From Candidatus Lindowbacteria bacterium RIFCSPLOWO2_12_FULL_62_27 (GTDB taxonomy: Bacteria; Lindowbacteria; 2-12-FULL-62-27), in contig MFPR01000022.1 in the NCBI GenBank assembly GCA_001784175.1, forward strand, positions 1 through 35,200: 35,200 bases of DNA, read 5' to 3'. Below the pieces are notes generated by a model. The model did no database searches and was not told where the DNA came from. It saw only the letters and a list, made by a program, of their open reading frames with translations. A program made the position numbers and the translations under genes. Shown here piece after piece: positions 12,001 through 17,344 of the stretch. How positions within the stretch are numbered: the stretch's first letter is position 1; every line of letters starts with the position of its first letter.

Positions 12001-14266
12001 ATGTGTTGTTGCTGACAATTGTATTTGTGCATCGGCTCATGGAGAGGCCGACCTGCCAATTCGAGTTGAACGTATTTGAACTTATCGTGTTGCCGTAAGG
12101 TTTCCCAAGTATCAAGTCGCATCCGGTTCGATTGAAACTGGCAATACTGTTGACCACCGTATTGGTATCGGAACCGTTCACCAGGTCAATGCCGGTGCCG
12201 TCACAGTATGTGAAACTGCTGTTGTTGATCGTCGAACGATCGACCGAATTGAGATAAACGCCGTAGTAGGCGCCGGTCACACCGATATTTCTAATCGACA
12301 GATTCACCTGCGAATCGGCAAAGATTCCGTAGATCACCTGATCGGAGGAGTCGCCCGGAGGGTCGATGACGGTCGAAGCAGAATCCTTGCCGATCAGAGT
12401 AATCGAATCCTTGTCAATATGGACCCCGGCGGAATCATTTCCGGAGATGTAGACATACGAGTCATAGATCCCCGCGTCGACGTAGATGGTGTCGCCCGTG
12501 TCCGCGTACTGCATGGCCTTCGGGATGCTGGCAAACGGCCGCGCCGCCGTCCCCAGCCCCCACGACGTGTCGCTTCCCGTCCCGCTCGTGTACACATCGC
12601 CCGCTGCGCTCGTGTCATTCACGTACCAGTTCACCACGGGCGATGTCGCTCCGATGCTCGACACTTGCGAGTCGGAATAGAAACTCTCGTTGGCATAAGG
12701 CGACGCCGTGTCGAACGCCGTCACGCGGTAGTAGAACGTCGCGGCGCCCGTCGCGCTCGTGTCCTGATACCGAATGGAACCTGCCGCCACCGTTCCCATC
12801 AATGTCCACGACGACGTGTCCGCGATGGTGCTGCGGTAGACTTTGTATCCCGACAGCGCCGTGCCGCCTGCCATCGTCTCCTCGTTGGTCGTTACCGCCG
12901 CCCACTCCAGGATGATGGACGTGTCATTGTTCAGAACCGCGACCGTATCCGGCGCGTCCGGCGCAGTCGTGTCGGCGCCCGCCGTGGTGTCTACCGCGCC
13001 GAGGCGGAACGGCGTGTATCCGATGCGGTTGACGTAGCCCGTGTCGAACATTTTGCGTCCGATGGCCACCGTGTCCGCCGTGTTCCACCAGTTGCGCGCG
13101 AAATCGAAAGTTTTGCCGGTCCAGTTGTACACCCCGCTGTCGGGATTCGTCGCCGACGTCACGATGTTGTTCTTCTGCACAGTGTCCGACGACGATGTGC
13201 CGGTGATAAAGATCTGATACCGCGTATTCAGCCGCACGTCGTTTAGACTCACCGTGTTGTTCGAAGAAGAACTTAGATAGATTCCATAGTATGCGTTCGA
13301 ACTGAGCGTGTTGTTCGTGATCATGTTGTTGCTCGAACTCGTAGTCAAATACAGGCCGACGCTGCTATTCGACGTGATCGCGTTGTTCGTCACCGTGTTG
13401 TTCGAACCCCCGGTCAGATTGATGCCGGTGACGCCTGAAGGGATCGTGTTGTTCGATATCGTGGCGCCGCCCGAGCCGTTAGCCAGTTGGATTCCGACGC
13501 TTCCGTTCGAAGTGAGCGTGTTGTTCGTCACCGTGCTGCCGTTCGCACCCCCGTTCAGCATGATGCCGTAGAGGTTCGAAGCGACCGTATTGTTCGTCAC
13601 CGTGTTGCTGTTCGAAGACGAAAACACATCGATGCCGCTGTTTGTATTCGACACCGCCGTGCTGTTTTTGACTGTGTTGGTGTCGGACCGGAAGTACAGG
13701 TAGATGCCGTCGTTGCCGCAGGAACTTGCGCTGTCGCCGTCGATGGTCGAGTAGTCCACGTTATAGAAATGAATCCCGTTATACGCCCCCGTCACGCCGA
13801 TGTTGCGGATGAACAGATTGATCTGCGTGTCGGCGTAGATGCCGTACAGACCGGACTGCGTCTTGGGCCCGGGCGGATTGATGACCGTCGCGCCCGAGTC
13901 CTTGCCGACGAGCGTGATGGAGTCCTTGGTGATGTTGACGCCCGCCGTTTCCGTGCCGTTCACCGTCACGTACGAGTCATACAGTCCCGCGTCGATGTAG
14001 ATGGTGTCGCCGATGGCCGCGGAATCGATGGCGCTCTGAATGCAGCGAAACGGCTCGGCGGCGGTGCCGGGCTGGGTGTCTTCGCCGTTGGACGACGTGT
14101 AGACGTCGCCGGCGGCGCTGGTGTCGTTCACGTACCAGTTGGCGGCCTCGGCTCTCGAAGTTAAAAGTGAAAAGCTAAAAGTCAACAGCGATAAAGGCAG
14201 GATGAGCGGCAAGCGGACCAGAAAGGAGGAAAAGGGGACGGATACTAACTTTTTAACATTTCGCAT
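1..14266 (-). CDS. Giant secreted surface protein (>=4755 aa, 3' end outside window): signal peptide, nine right-handed beta-helix (NosD/pectin-lyase-like) + FN3-like modules, then Ig-like domains
   Basis: Manual translation from the ATG at 14266 gives MRNVKKLVSVPFSSFLVRLPLILPLSLLTFSFSLLTSRAEA|ANWYVNDTSAAGDVYTS...GDTIYIDAGLY. The same frame (first codon base = 1 mod 3) reads ...TVVYTDRRRVPASKAPAALGAGW at positions 70-2. The ORF track has no minus-strand ORF in this frame, which fits an unbroken frame with no stop in the window; I spot-checked segments rather than every codon. N/S/T/G-rich 'GIYL..S.SNT..GNT..SN' turns are typical of beta-helices. Alternative in-frame ATGs lie at 14305 and 14347, with an upstream TAA at 14374. 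Confidence 0.92.
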   Translation of the reverse strand, partial: MRNVKKLVSVPFSSFLVRLPLILPLSLLTFSFSLLTSRAEAANWYVNDTSAAGDVYTSSNGEDTQPGTAAEPFRCIQSAIDSAAIGDTIYIDAGLYDSYVTVNGTETAGVNITKDSITLVGKDSGATVINPPGPKTQSGLYGIYADTQINLFIRNIGVTGAYNGIHFYNVDYSTIDGDSASSCGNDGIYLYFRSDTNTVKNSTAVSNTNSGIDVFSSSNSNTVTNNTVASNLYGIMLNGGANGSTVTNNTLTSNGSVGIQLANGSGGATISNNTIPSGVTGINLTGGSNNTVTNNAITSNSSVGLYLTTSSSNNMITNNTLSSNAYYGIYLSSSSNNTVSLNDVRLNTRYQIFITGTSSSDTVQKNNIVTSATNPDSGVYNWTGKTFDFARNWWNTADTVAIGRKMFDTGYVNRIGYTPFRLGAVDTTAGADTTAPDAPDTVAVLNNDTSIILEWAAVTTNEETMAGGTALSGYKVYRSTIADTSSWTLMGTVAAGSIRYQDTSATGAATFYYRVTAFDTASPYANESFYSDSQVSSIGATSPVVNWYVNDTSAAGDVYTSGTGSDTSWGLGTAARPFASIPKAMQYADTGDTIYVDAGIYDSYVYISGNDSAGVHIDKDSITLIGKDSASTVIDPPGDSSDQVIYGIFADSQVNLSIRNIGVTGAYYGVYLNSVDRSTINNSSFTYCDGTGIDLVNGSDTNTVVNSIASFNRTGCDLILGKPYGNTISSNTFNSNWQVGLSMSRCTNTIVSNNTCNSNGMYGIELGYYSTQNTISGNTANANAEYGIVFIFGPLVNTVTNNIVNANGYGIVLNNGSPMNTISFNQIRSNINAGVALVGDSNVVYANEIVGGDTGVYITGGGTIRGNEVTKNNIISSARAFVDNNTGNNQNALRNWYGTTDSAAIKAKFTSSVDSYIPFRLGAVDTTSGADTTSPRAPDSVAVIGGLPSDTSVILEWAAVGALEESNGGNIALGGYKVYRSRTKDTSSWIQVAQVTSGIRYQDTDVVLGLTYYYRVTSYDTSTTVNESFYSDSQPGDTAMFASQVNWYVNDTSVTGDVYTSGTGSDTSWGLGTAAKPFRTIPMSMRFATAGDTIWIDAGLYDSYVTVNGAETAGVNIDKDSITLVGKDSASTVIDPPGAKTVSGLYGIYADTQTGLLIKTLGVTGANRGLYFINVDRATLSGDSFSSNGNRGVYLINGSDTNTLTGNAVWSNTSDGLEIEAGAGCAISNNSVNLNGAAGILLSGNSAGNTVSNNGARQNATHGVHLNPADSNTISGNTMDSNSTAIYLQTSHNNMITNNIADSNVNGIYLHMGSNLNTVSNNSANANSSVGGILVDGSALDTILNNTANLNTQDGIFINAGVSILIQGNTVQSNLASGIDATGGDTGLLITGNIARSNGQFGVYISASTDLTVSNNLIRSNTQAGLRLENAESIVVLQNDIAANDSGIWISDAATNNLIAKNNIANNNVKNIYNQTDVAQTLRRNWFGSADSVTIKAKLGDTASAWQPYRLGAVDTAAGADTTAPKAPDTVAILSAPSDTSIILEWSAVAALEEVNGGNVALSGYRVYRSEVKDTSSWMKVGQATGIRYQDTDVVLGRKYYYRVTAFDTASPFENESFFSDSQPSDSAVLSAAVEIYVNDDSTSGDSWAAAAGSDASGKGTKQQPLRTITKALQFVTPGDTIFIDRGVYAETVVIDVDSVSLIGKDSNATVIDPASGNGIYADTQTGLLIKNLGVTGATEGIRFFNVTASTITGDSLSDHVGRGIYLQNGCDSNTISNNLLISNLNQGLYMVTNCFNNTIDNNIAEENSQGIHLNSSSRNNVITRNIARRNKHGIYIEINSHGNLVRNNLSDSNTQSGFGLVASNSNIVYQNEFRSNDTGIWIQNSGAGNVFTRNNVANNTVYNVFSPASAAQTFNRNWWGTTQETLISAKFYDTASAFKPYRLAPVDTAAGADTRAPYVFDTSIVIHAGSETALITWDTPTQDEDSASLSGFTSVGIFRLAVPDTTHWDSALIKDVPAGKNSFVDTGLTNGTKYYYRLSALDGLTPFENESFFTDTKSVTPAWFDTGAALVYVSSFGDSTNPGAYDTTKAFRNINEALSAVRPDNGWDTIVVFARPGGDSYFQQLDLTNDTGVKIIAVKRIIGTDPVFDTLPRVAFDTGTILKVWTNTIVEGLFLDGIDSTRTSVAGVLANALEHNGVFLPNSCSGAFVRNMEIRNVYNGIVGDSAHYTTVKYNHIADIVRDGIHFDNGSQNNLIYRNTVERQKHPTGHGHGIKLKTSTARNVVRDNIVRDANMATEFVSTGGQNHIYHNQIYNSDTGVWLLGAGADTFAKNSLVNIGSTLLDMGSSPNFDARRNWWGIRDMNAILSKMAADGSVKIFPHLTTPPDTSADESDTTAPGKPDTFALNGVSGTGGQVTVSWDTPDFDEDGGTPDAFGEYRIYRLISTPDTSDWRNAFRASVASGQTNYVDLAVTDGLTYYYRVSASETLTGGFFNESVFTDTLSVVPSLDTTLPNVWYVNDSFTIGDSYTTAAGADTNTGLQRSSPFLRISRALKFVSAGDTIYIDSGTYNETLTIDTDRVSLIGKDSSATVINPNDDLASDSMRGIQADTQTGLLIRNLRVQICLIGIEWSGVTNSRIENVTVELTTLGGDPYPDGAGMILKNGSDTNVLSSNTVQSNQGTGISLSASAGNTISGNYAASNGNGIVLTQSNSNVLSANTAASNTPGDGITLTSSSFNTLSGNTVTGNSNDGIRLNGSSNGNVITGNTATSNSAGGFDVDGSNSDTLSNNTSMSNANGFFLSSADTCAFLNNSVSNNALSGFRLTSGSDRNVFSGNTVIKNSQYGFDVSSSDSNILTGNLSFSNTLDGARFVGAQSNRMIQNQVDSNGGWALSLTGNSRSNLFAKNNLRGSDARPDSGVKNVTSFAFDFTRNWWGSADSVTIQRRIYDTSATNGIQYQPYRLGMVDTAAGADTTAPESPDTVAIISNDTSIVLEWSAVNTNEEGMGGSPGVLAYGIYRSGIRDTSSWISLAISTTTRFQDTNVVLGRAYYYRVTAYDTAAPLKNESFYSDSQPGDSAVHSSRVSWFVNDGSTSGDSFTYAAGSDTSAGEGTASKPLRTISRALQFSTSGDSVFVDAGLYDSHVNPTATETAVASINIDYLYLIGKDSASTVIDPPGPRTQPDLYGIYASGRSGVTIRNVAVRGAYDGIKFSNVDLSTLSGDSASDNGNNGIYLLNGADTNTVTGCAADSNGLTGIVVDGSHGNTLQNNAASGNFSAGIELSAANGNTLTGNAATSNVFDGFLLTGGSKNNVVRNSVITGNREYGVWISSASNLNTFWNNAIKSNVQAGLYIDASDTNGVRLNDISGNDTGVLINGAAFNNILAHNNLTGNAVSSVLNKAGLTQTMKRNWFGTTDEVTISAKFVDTASTFRPYRLGVVDTAAGADTRAPLEPQNVTVDTSSGVSVTLTWAIPTADEDTQSLSGFAGAKIYRLLNAVDTTQWANSVLLVKTTGASDTTWTDTNVAIGNTYYYKLTSFDASTVVNQSFFTDTKVAVVAVPYWGGPVWYVDKDTGADTFTGHPNYPFKTITRALQAIPADTQQFDTVLIDRNTYAETVVIDTDYICIEGVDSNRSVIDPPGAISTAGLYGIYADTQTGMVIRNIGVTGGYHGVFLDAVTNSIVSGDSISGNGSIGVYLGAGSDTNTVSNCVVDSNTGNGIRIVSSGNTVSGNTVRANGTIGISVNAAGNTISGNSVISNGVQGIYVTGSSNNTISGNTMMGNYRGIYLSSATGNAVTGNIAMYNTEGFTLDMSTQNTLARNLSAENDTTAGFYVLANSDTNTFIQNESHGDRYAIYIDKGALNPPGGNRFIRNNVLKPDSYGIFLANGQVATNFFWRNYMDTTNEGDWNDNIVTKRTLFGLVWDGLDKGGLAYAADTQPRFAPVDTSVSGDSLAPYETAGAFWASSICAGAVKVRWTAPTVNEAGEAAPGHTGFRIYRTTNPAERDWKGNAFLTERPSADTTYVDQAVTNGVTYFYRLTAFDAATPFPNESYFTDSFQATPGGSFCDLGSMTVYLSDSGQATQPSADSPIAAFPSLDSALSALDPSNGFDTIIVFKSMRDSYSISDTGYSIDSGLTLISRKALFGTDNGGGGDTFPTVTWSGETSGLTGAMFTVDSSARIEGFVVDGRDSSTGVKILVANQSNAGQPLIIRNVTVRNAAYGLFGKSGAANITVEHCTAVNFSQAVVQVDGANAMIRNCYAENVTGTSAATVVWQVSSSANGILIADNIVRGAWRGIYLNGNSGSIVRNNIRNVRLAVSAPGFGHTIHANDISNADTAISGGLSTGEIQWNNLYNISDSFVFVSGFPTANYNYFGTTDSEEIKRKSRSSGFVAQSFRFAPVDTRASGDSSASRKPTGVVIENNVPNRNLIRWSPPSQEEDGSAPEIAGYRVFRLRNLYDTSNWRLLAPLPDTAAGDTFLIDTDLVPGSVYYYRVLAFDSSTFNGANLEGFMSDVSKVNPIFGGSGGVRFVSDTGATAAYIKVRAGDSVSVEVNDSDPNTDPGVVQTCTVTIVNLTLGTETETVTCTEISVDSPVFSGKIMMTTMASDTPNSGKLLVRASDQIRVTYIDTPSGDLRTMTATMVAAGVGGDSAIIDSGAHQMVPSGGSAAFQVTVKDSSGEGVPNAIVNFKVEYEGTEVANPSGTTTDSGGLTQSIPLTAGDGMYVILVSTRPGDTDDARTVVYTDRRRVPASKAPAALGAGW
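790..14140 (-). repeat. Nine tandem modules of about 1.3-1.8 kb within giant 1
   Basis: Module heads (W/Y)YV(N/D/S)-type at about 14137, 12630, 11130, 9360, 8053, 6722, 5017, 3580 and 2066. Most end with a variant of NWWG.TD / PYRLGAVDT..GADT.AP / GY.VYR..DTS.W / YYYRV.A.D...NESF..D. Segments 12541-12635 and 11041-11135 are near-identical DNA exactly 1500 bp apart. Confidence 0.85.
14144..14266 (-). other. Sec signal peptide of giant 1 (about 41 aa)
   Basis: Basic n-region (MRNVKK), Leu/Phe/Ser h-region and an A-E-A cleavage motif immediately before the first WYVND module. Confidence 0.75.
14161..14188. repeat. Degenerate heptamer tandem inside the signal-peptide coding sequence
   Basis: TTAAAAG-TGAAAAG-CTAAAAG-TCAACAG on the + strand; AT-rich against a GC-rich background. 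Confidence 0.55.
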
Positions 14267-14306
14267 CAGAGCACCGTCTGGATGTCCGGGAAAGGGGTCA
14301 AGCATT

Positions 14307-14385
14307 AAGTTATTGAAGTTATTGTTCCAGCGAGGAAGGGATTTCATAGGGCTGCGGTGCCAGCCCCTAAGTTATTGAAGTTATT
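14307..14385. repeat. Direct repeat TAAGTTATTGAAGTTATT (x2) and a REP-like hairpin
   Basis: Identical 18-mers at 14307-14324 and 14368-14385. Imperfect hairpin TAGGGCTG-cggtgc-CAGCCCCTA at 14347-14369. Confidence 0.7.
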
Positions 14386-15369
14386 GGATGCGGCCGACGG
14401 GATGGTATTCATCGCAGAGATTCCAGATCGACGCCGGAGGCAAGCTGAATAACAGCCGAAACGGTCTTCCCCAGTTTTTCGGCGATGTCGGTTGTTGAAA
14501 TGCCCTCGCGGCGGGACAGCGCGCAGAAAAGAGCGCGTGCTTTAGAGACCTTCCGCACACGGCCTCCGGCCAGCACGACCCCGCGCCCGACGCCGCAACG
14601 TTCCTCGACCTCACGCCAGATATGCTCCACGTCGATGTCCCGCGGGCGCCGGGCGAGCCGGCGGCGCTCCGCGCGGCGCTCAACCAGCAATTCGACCTTT
14701 TTCCGAAAATCCTCCGGCCCGGTCATCCAGAGATTACGAGCGGGATGCGAATCCGGGACCCGATCATCATCACAGTGTTCCCGGTACGGCGTCTCCCGCA
14801 AAAGCTTGGCGTAGGCGCCGATGCCTCCGGACAATTCGAGGATGAACTCAGAGCAAACCGGGATGTCCGTCGTTCCGCCGAAAAATGCCCTCACACTGCT
14901 CCAGCGATAGTCCCTGACGTCCTCGACCATTCCGGCGTCACGGGGATTAACATGAATGTAGCACGAGCAGATAACCGCATGCTCATCCCGCTCTACAGGC
15001 TCCGGCCTGTGCCGTTCTCCGAATACGTGCCCGGTTCGGCCCATGCTGAGGTTCCAAAAGCGGGCGTATCCGCCTTGCAGACGTTCCATCGCGTGCGGCA
15101 GGCCGACGCCCGTCACATCTTGAATGAGCAGATGTACGTGATTGGTCATGAGACAGTACGTCAATACCCTGATTTTATATGTCGGAAAAATGTCGTTCAA
15201 CCGCCTGATATATTCGAGTTTGAATTCGTCGGTCTGAAAAATATTCTGCCTGTTATTCCCCCGCGCGGTCACATGGTAAAGTCCTTCCGGCACGTGAATT
15301 CTCGGCGCCCTCATCGACTTATCCCCATCCGCGCACCTGAAAAACTTAAATAACTTAGGGGCTGGCACC
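14356..15369. mobile_element. RAYT cassette bounded by 27-bp inverted repeats
   Basis: 14356-14382 GGTGCCAGCCCCTAAGTTATTGAAGTT is the reverse complement of 15343-15369 AACTTAAATAACTTAGGGGCTGGCACC with one mismatch. No target-site duplication seen. Confidence 0.75.
14409..15314 (-). CDS. REP-associated tyrosine transposase (RAYT, Y1/HUH family) with C-terminal DnaA_C-like HTH, 301 aa
   Basis: YHVTARGNNRQNIF, HUH motif CLMTNHVHLL, GHVFGER, catalytic-Tyr region YIHVNP..AG, YRWSS, and C-terminal RALFCAL..ISTTDIAEKLGKTVSAV. Start set at ATG 15314 (MRAPR) because the longer 15389 start runs through the flanking repeats. Confidence 0.9.
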   Translation of the reverse strand: MRAPRIHVPEGLYHVTARGNNRQNIFQTDEFKLEYIRRLNDIFPTYKIRVLTYCLMTNHVHLLIQDVTGVGLPHAMERLQGGYARFWNLSMGRTGHVFGERHRPEPVERDEHAVICSCYIHVNPRDAGMVEDVRDYRWSSVRAFFGGTTDIPVCSEFILELSGGIGAYAKLLRETPYREHCDDDRVPDSHPARNLWMTGPEDFRKKVELLVERRAERRRLARRPRDIDVEHIWREVEERCGVGRGVVLAGGRVRKVSKARALFCALSRREGISTTDIAEKLGKTVSAVIQLASGVDLESLR

Positions 15370-15493
15370 ATTCGGGGGGCTGGCACCATTCGGATGGGGA
15401 CAGACCGGCAACGGCGACCGGGCGATCTCCATCGGTCCGGCGTACACCCCGCGCAGTCAATCCCCTCCGGCGCCCCCTCTTGAAGCCGGCCAT
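15311..15493 (-). CDS. Possible 60-aa leader ORF upstream of the RAYT gene
   Basis: Strong RBS GAAGGAG 8 nt before ATG 15493. Its stop overlaps the RAYT start (ATGA), and TTGACA lies at 15567-15562. No recognisable family. Confidence 0.25.
   Translation of the reverse strand: MAGFKRGRRRGLTARGVRRTDGDRPVAVAGLSPSEWCQPPEWCQPLSYLSFSGARMGISR
15358..15393. repeat. Perfect 18-bp tandem duplication GGGGCTGGCACCATTCGG
   Basis: Copies at 15358-15375 and 15376-15393, followed by a related GGGGACAGACC. Confidence 0.85.
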
Positions 15494-15608
15494 ACGGACT
15501 ACTCCTTCACCCCATCCACGGATCGATGAAACCTGATTCATGTTCTCTAATAGCAGGGGATTGTCAACGGGAAACTCGGGGCCGGGCGAAGAGGGGAGGA
15601 GAAGAAAC

Positions 15609-16358
15609 TCAATTGCGGTTGAACACCACATCCGCGAAGTTGCGGAGGTACCGTTCGTCGCTGAGGGCGTCGTCGGGGAAGGGCACGCGCGATTTGAAGT
15701 GTGCAGCGAGCGATGCAAAGACCGCCAGGCGTGCGGCCGGGTCGAGGTCGTCGCGGCTGAGGACGGCGCCGAGCAGAAGGCCCGCTTCCTCCGGGACGAT
15801 CCTCGATCTTGCCATGTACACGAGGTGCGGATGGTCGAGAAACGAGTTGTACCGGTCGCCCAGGAGCGCCGACACGTCCGGCCGGGCCCGGCGCGCCTCG
15901 CGGACGACGACCGTGCCGGCGAGCATGTCGCCGAGGCGCTGCCGGCGCGGGCTGAAAAACGAGACGATGCCGCCCAGAAGGTACGCGACCGGCAGCGCGT
16001 CGACCGCGCGCATGAGATTGCGGAGAACGACCTGTTCGAGGCGGAGCTTGAAGCCCTGCGCGTCCATGACGCGGAGGCCCAGGATTTTTTTCCCGACCGA
16101 CTGTCCCTGCAGATACCATTCCGTCGCGATGTAATAGCCCCACATAACGAGAAAAAACACGAGGAACTGCACGGCCGTCCCGACGTCGCGCCAGATCAGA
16201 TCGAGCGCCGTCGTGAACCGGTTCGCGAAATAATACAGGCCGTAAATGCACAGCCCGTCGAGGAGCAGAGAATACAACCGGAGGACGGGGCCGGCCAGTT
16301 CATACGTGAAGGAGATGCCTTCGGGCGTTTCGATTTCGAGAGCCGCCGGCGCGCTCAT
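15609..16358 (-). CDS. RDD family membrane protein, 249 aa
   Basis: IETPEGISFTYELAGPVLRLYSLLLD, GQSVGKKILGLRV, RNLMRAVD, QRLGDMLAGTVVV. ATG 16358 overlaps the upstream stop (ATGA). Confidence 0.9.
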   Translation of the reverse strand: MSAPAALEIETPEGISFTYELAGPVLRLYSLLLDGLCIYGLYYFANRFTTALDLIWRDVGTAVQFLVFFLVMWGYYIATEWYLQGQSVGKKILGLRVMDAQGFKLRLEQVVLRNLMRAVDALPVAYLLGGIVSFFSPRRQRLGDMLAGTVVVREARRARPDVSALLGDRYNSFLDHPHLVYMARSRIVPEEAGLLLGAVLSRDDLDPAARLAVFASLAAHFKSRVPFPDDALSDERYLRNFADVVFNRN

Positions 16359-17341
16359 CGCCGGCCGGCGAGGGTCAGGTACGACACGAGCGCGGCGAAC
16401 TCGACGACCCCGATCGAGATTTTGGTCGCGTAGGTCAGGACGGGTTCGTGGGTCTGGGAGAGGAAGGATTCGACGAATCCGGCCCACACGAGCATCGCGC
16501 AGATGCCGCCGATCAGCAGGATCAAGTCGGGTCCCTGCCGGCGCAGCCGGTCGAGCCGGGCCAGGCGCGGGTCGCGTTCGAGGATGCAGCGCGCGATCAG
16601 AAAGCCGGCCTGGCCGGCGATCAGGATCGCCGGAATTTCAATCGATCCGTGCGGCAGGAGCCACCCGAGGAGAAAGCGGCCGACGCCCGCCGACAGGTAA
16701 TCCGCCGCGACCGCGCCGAGGATCACGCCGTTGTAAAACAGGATGCACAGCGTTCCGACCCCGAACGTGAATCCGAGCGCGAGCGCGAACACGGAGACCT
16801 TGATGTTGTGCGTCATCAGAAACGTCGAAAAAGCCGCGTGCCGGCCCAGGGGATATCGCGCATCCACGGACCGCTCTTCCGCCGCCACCCGGTCCTCCGG
16901 GCGGCCCTGCAGATGCCCGAAGCCGATAAGCGCCGACTTGGCCGGCGGATCGAGGACGACGGCGAGACCGCCAAAGGCGGCGCCCGCCAGCGTCACGGCC
17001 GCGGACAGATAAAACATCCGGACGTGCCGCCGGAAGGCCTGGGGGAACCCCGTCCAGAGGCGCCGCCACCCCCGCTCCTGCCGCGCGCGCCGGACCTGGT
17101 ACATCTGCGTGAACGCGCGCGAGACCAGAGATTCGAGATAGGAAACCAGATCAGGGTCGGTCGAAAACGTCTGGAGCCGGTTCAGGTCCGACGAGACCGT
17201 GCGGTAGAGCAGATTAAACCGCTCGGTTTCCTTCAAGCTGAGATGCGCGATCCCGCCGGCGCGCGCGCGGTCCAGAAAGTCCTCGAGCTGCCGCCAGTCG
17301 AATTCGCGCGACTGGATGAACCGTTTGAGGTCGATAATCAT
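16355..17341 (-). CDS. Stage II sporulation protein M-like (DUF95) membrane protein
   Basis: LYRTVSSDL, HNIKV..LA.ALG, NGVILG, LLPHGSIEIPAILIAG, AGFVESF. Confidence 0.9.
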   Translation of the reverse strand: MIIDLKRFIQSREFDWRQLEDFLDRARAGGIAHLSLKETERFNLLYRTVSSDLNRLQTFSTDPDLVSYLESLVSRAFTQMYQVRRARQERGWRRLWTGFPQAFRRHVRMFYLSAAVTLAGAAFGGLAVVLDPPAKSALIGFGHLQGRPEDRVAAEERSVDARYPLGRHAAFSTFLMTHNIKVSVFALALGFTFGVGTLCILFYNGVILGAVAADYLSAGVGRFLLGWLLPHGSIEIPAILIAGQAGFLIARCILERDPRLARLDRLRRQGPDLILLIGGICAMLVWAGFVESFLSQTHEPVLTYATKISIGVVEFAALVSYLTLAGRR

Positions 17342-17344
17342 CTC

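Noticed and set aside
11041-12635. Near-identical repeats plus an Avd-like gene suggested a diversity-generating retroelement
   Set aside because: No reverse transcriptase in the window, both copies are coding, and the mismatches are mostly synonymous rather than adenine-specific.
14234-15406. Excision between the GGGGAC motifs to fuse the 15493 start with giant 1
   Set aside because: The shared GTCCCC lies in different reading frames at the two sites, so simple recombination would not give an in-frame fusion.
16355-17341. Sporulation function implied by the SpoIIM name
   Set aside because: In the MoxR/RDD context this DUF95 family occurs in non-sporulating bacteria, and no other sporulation genes are present.
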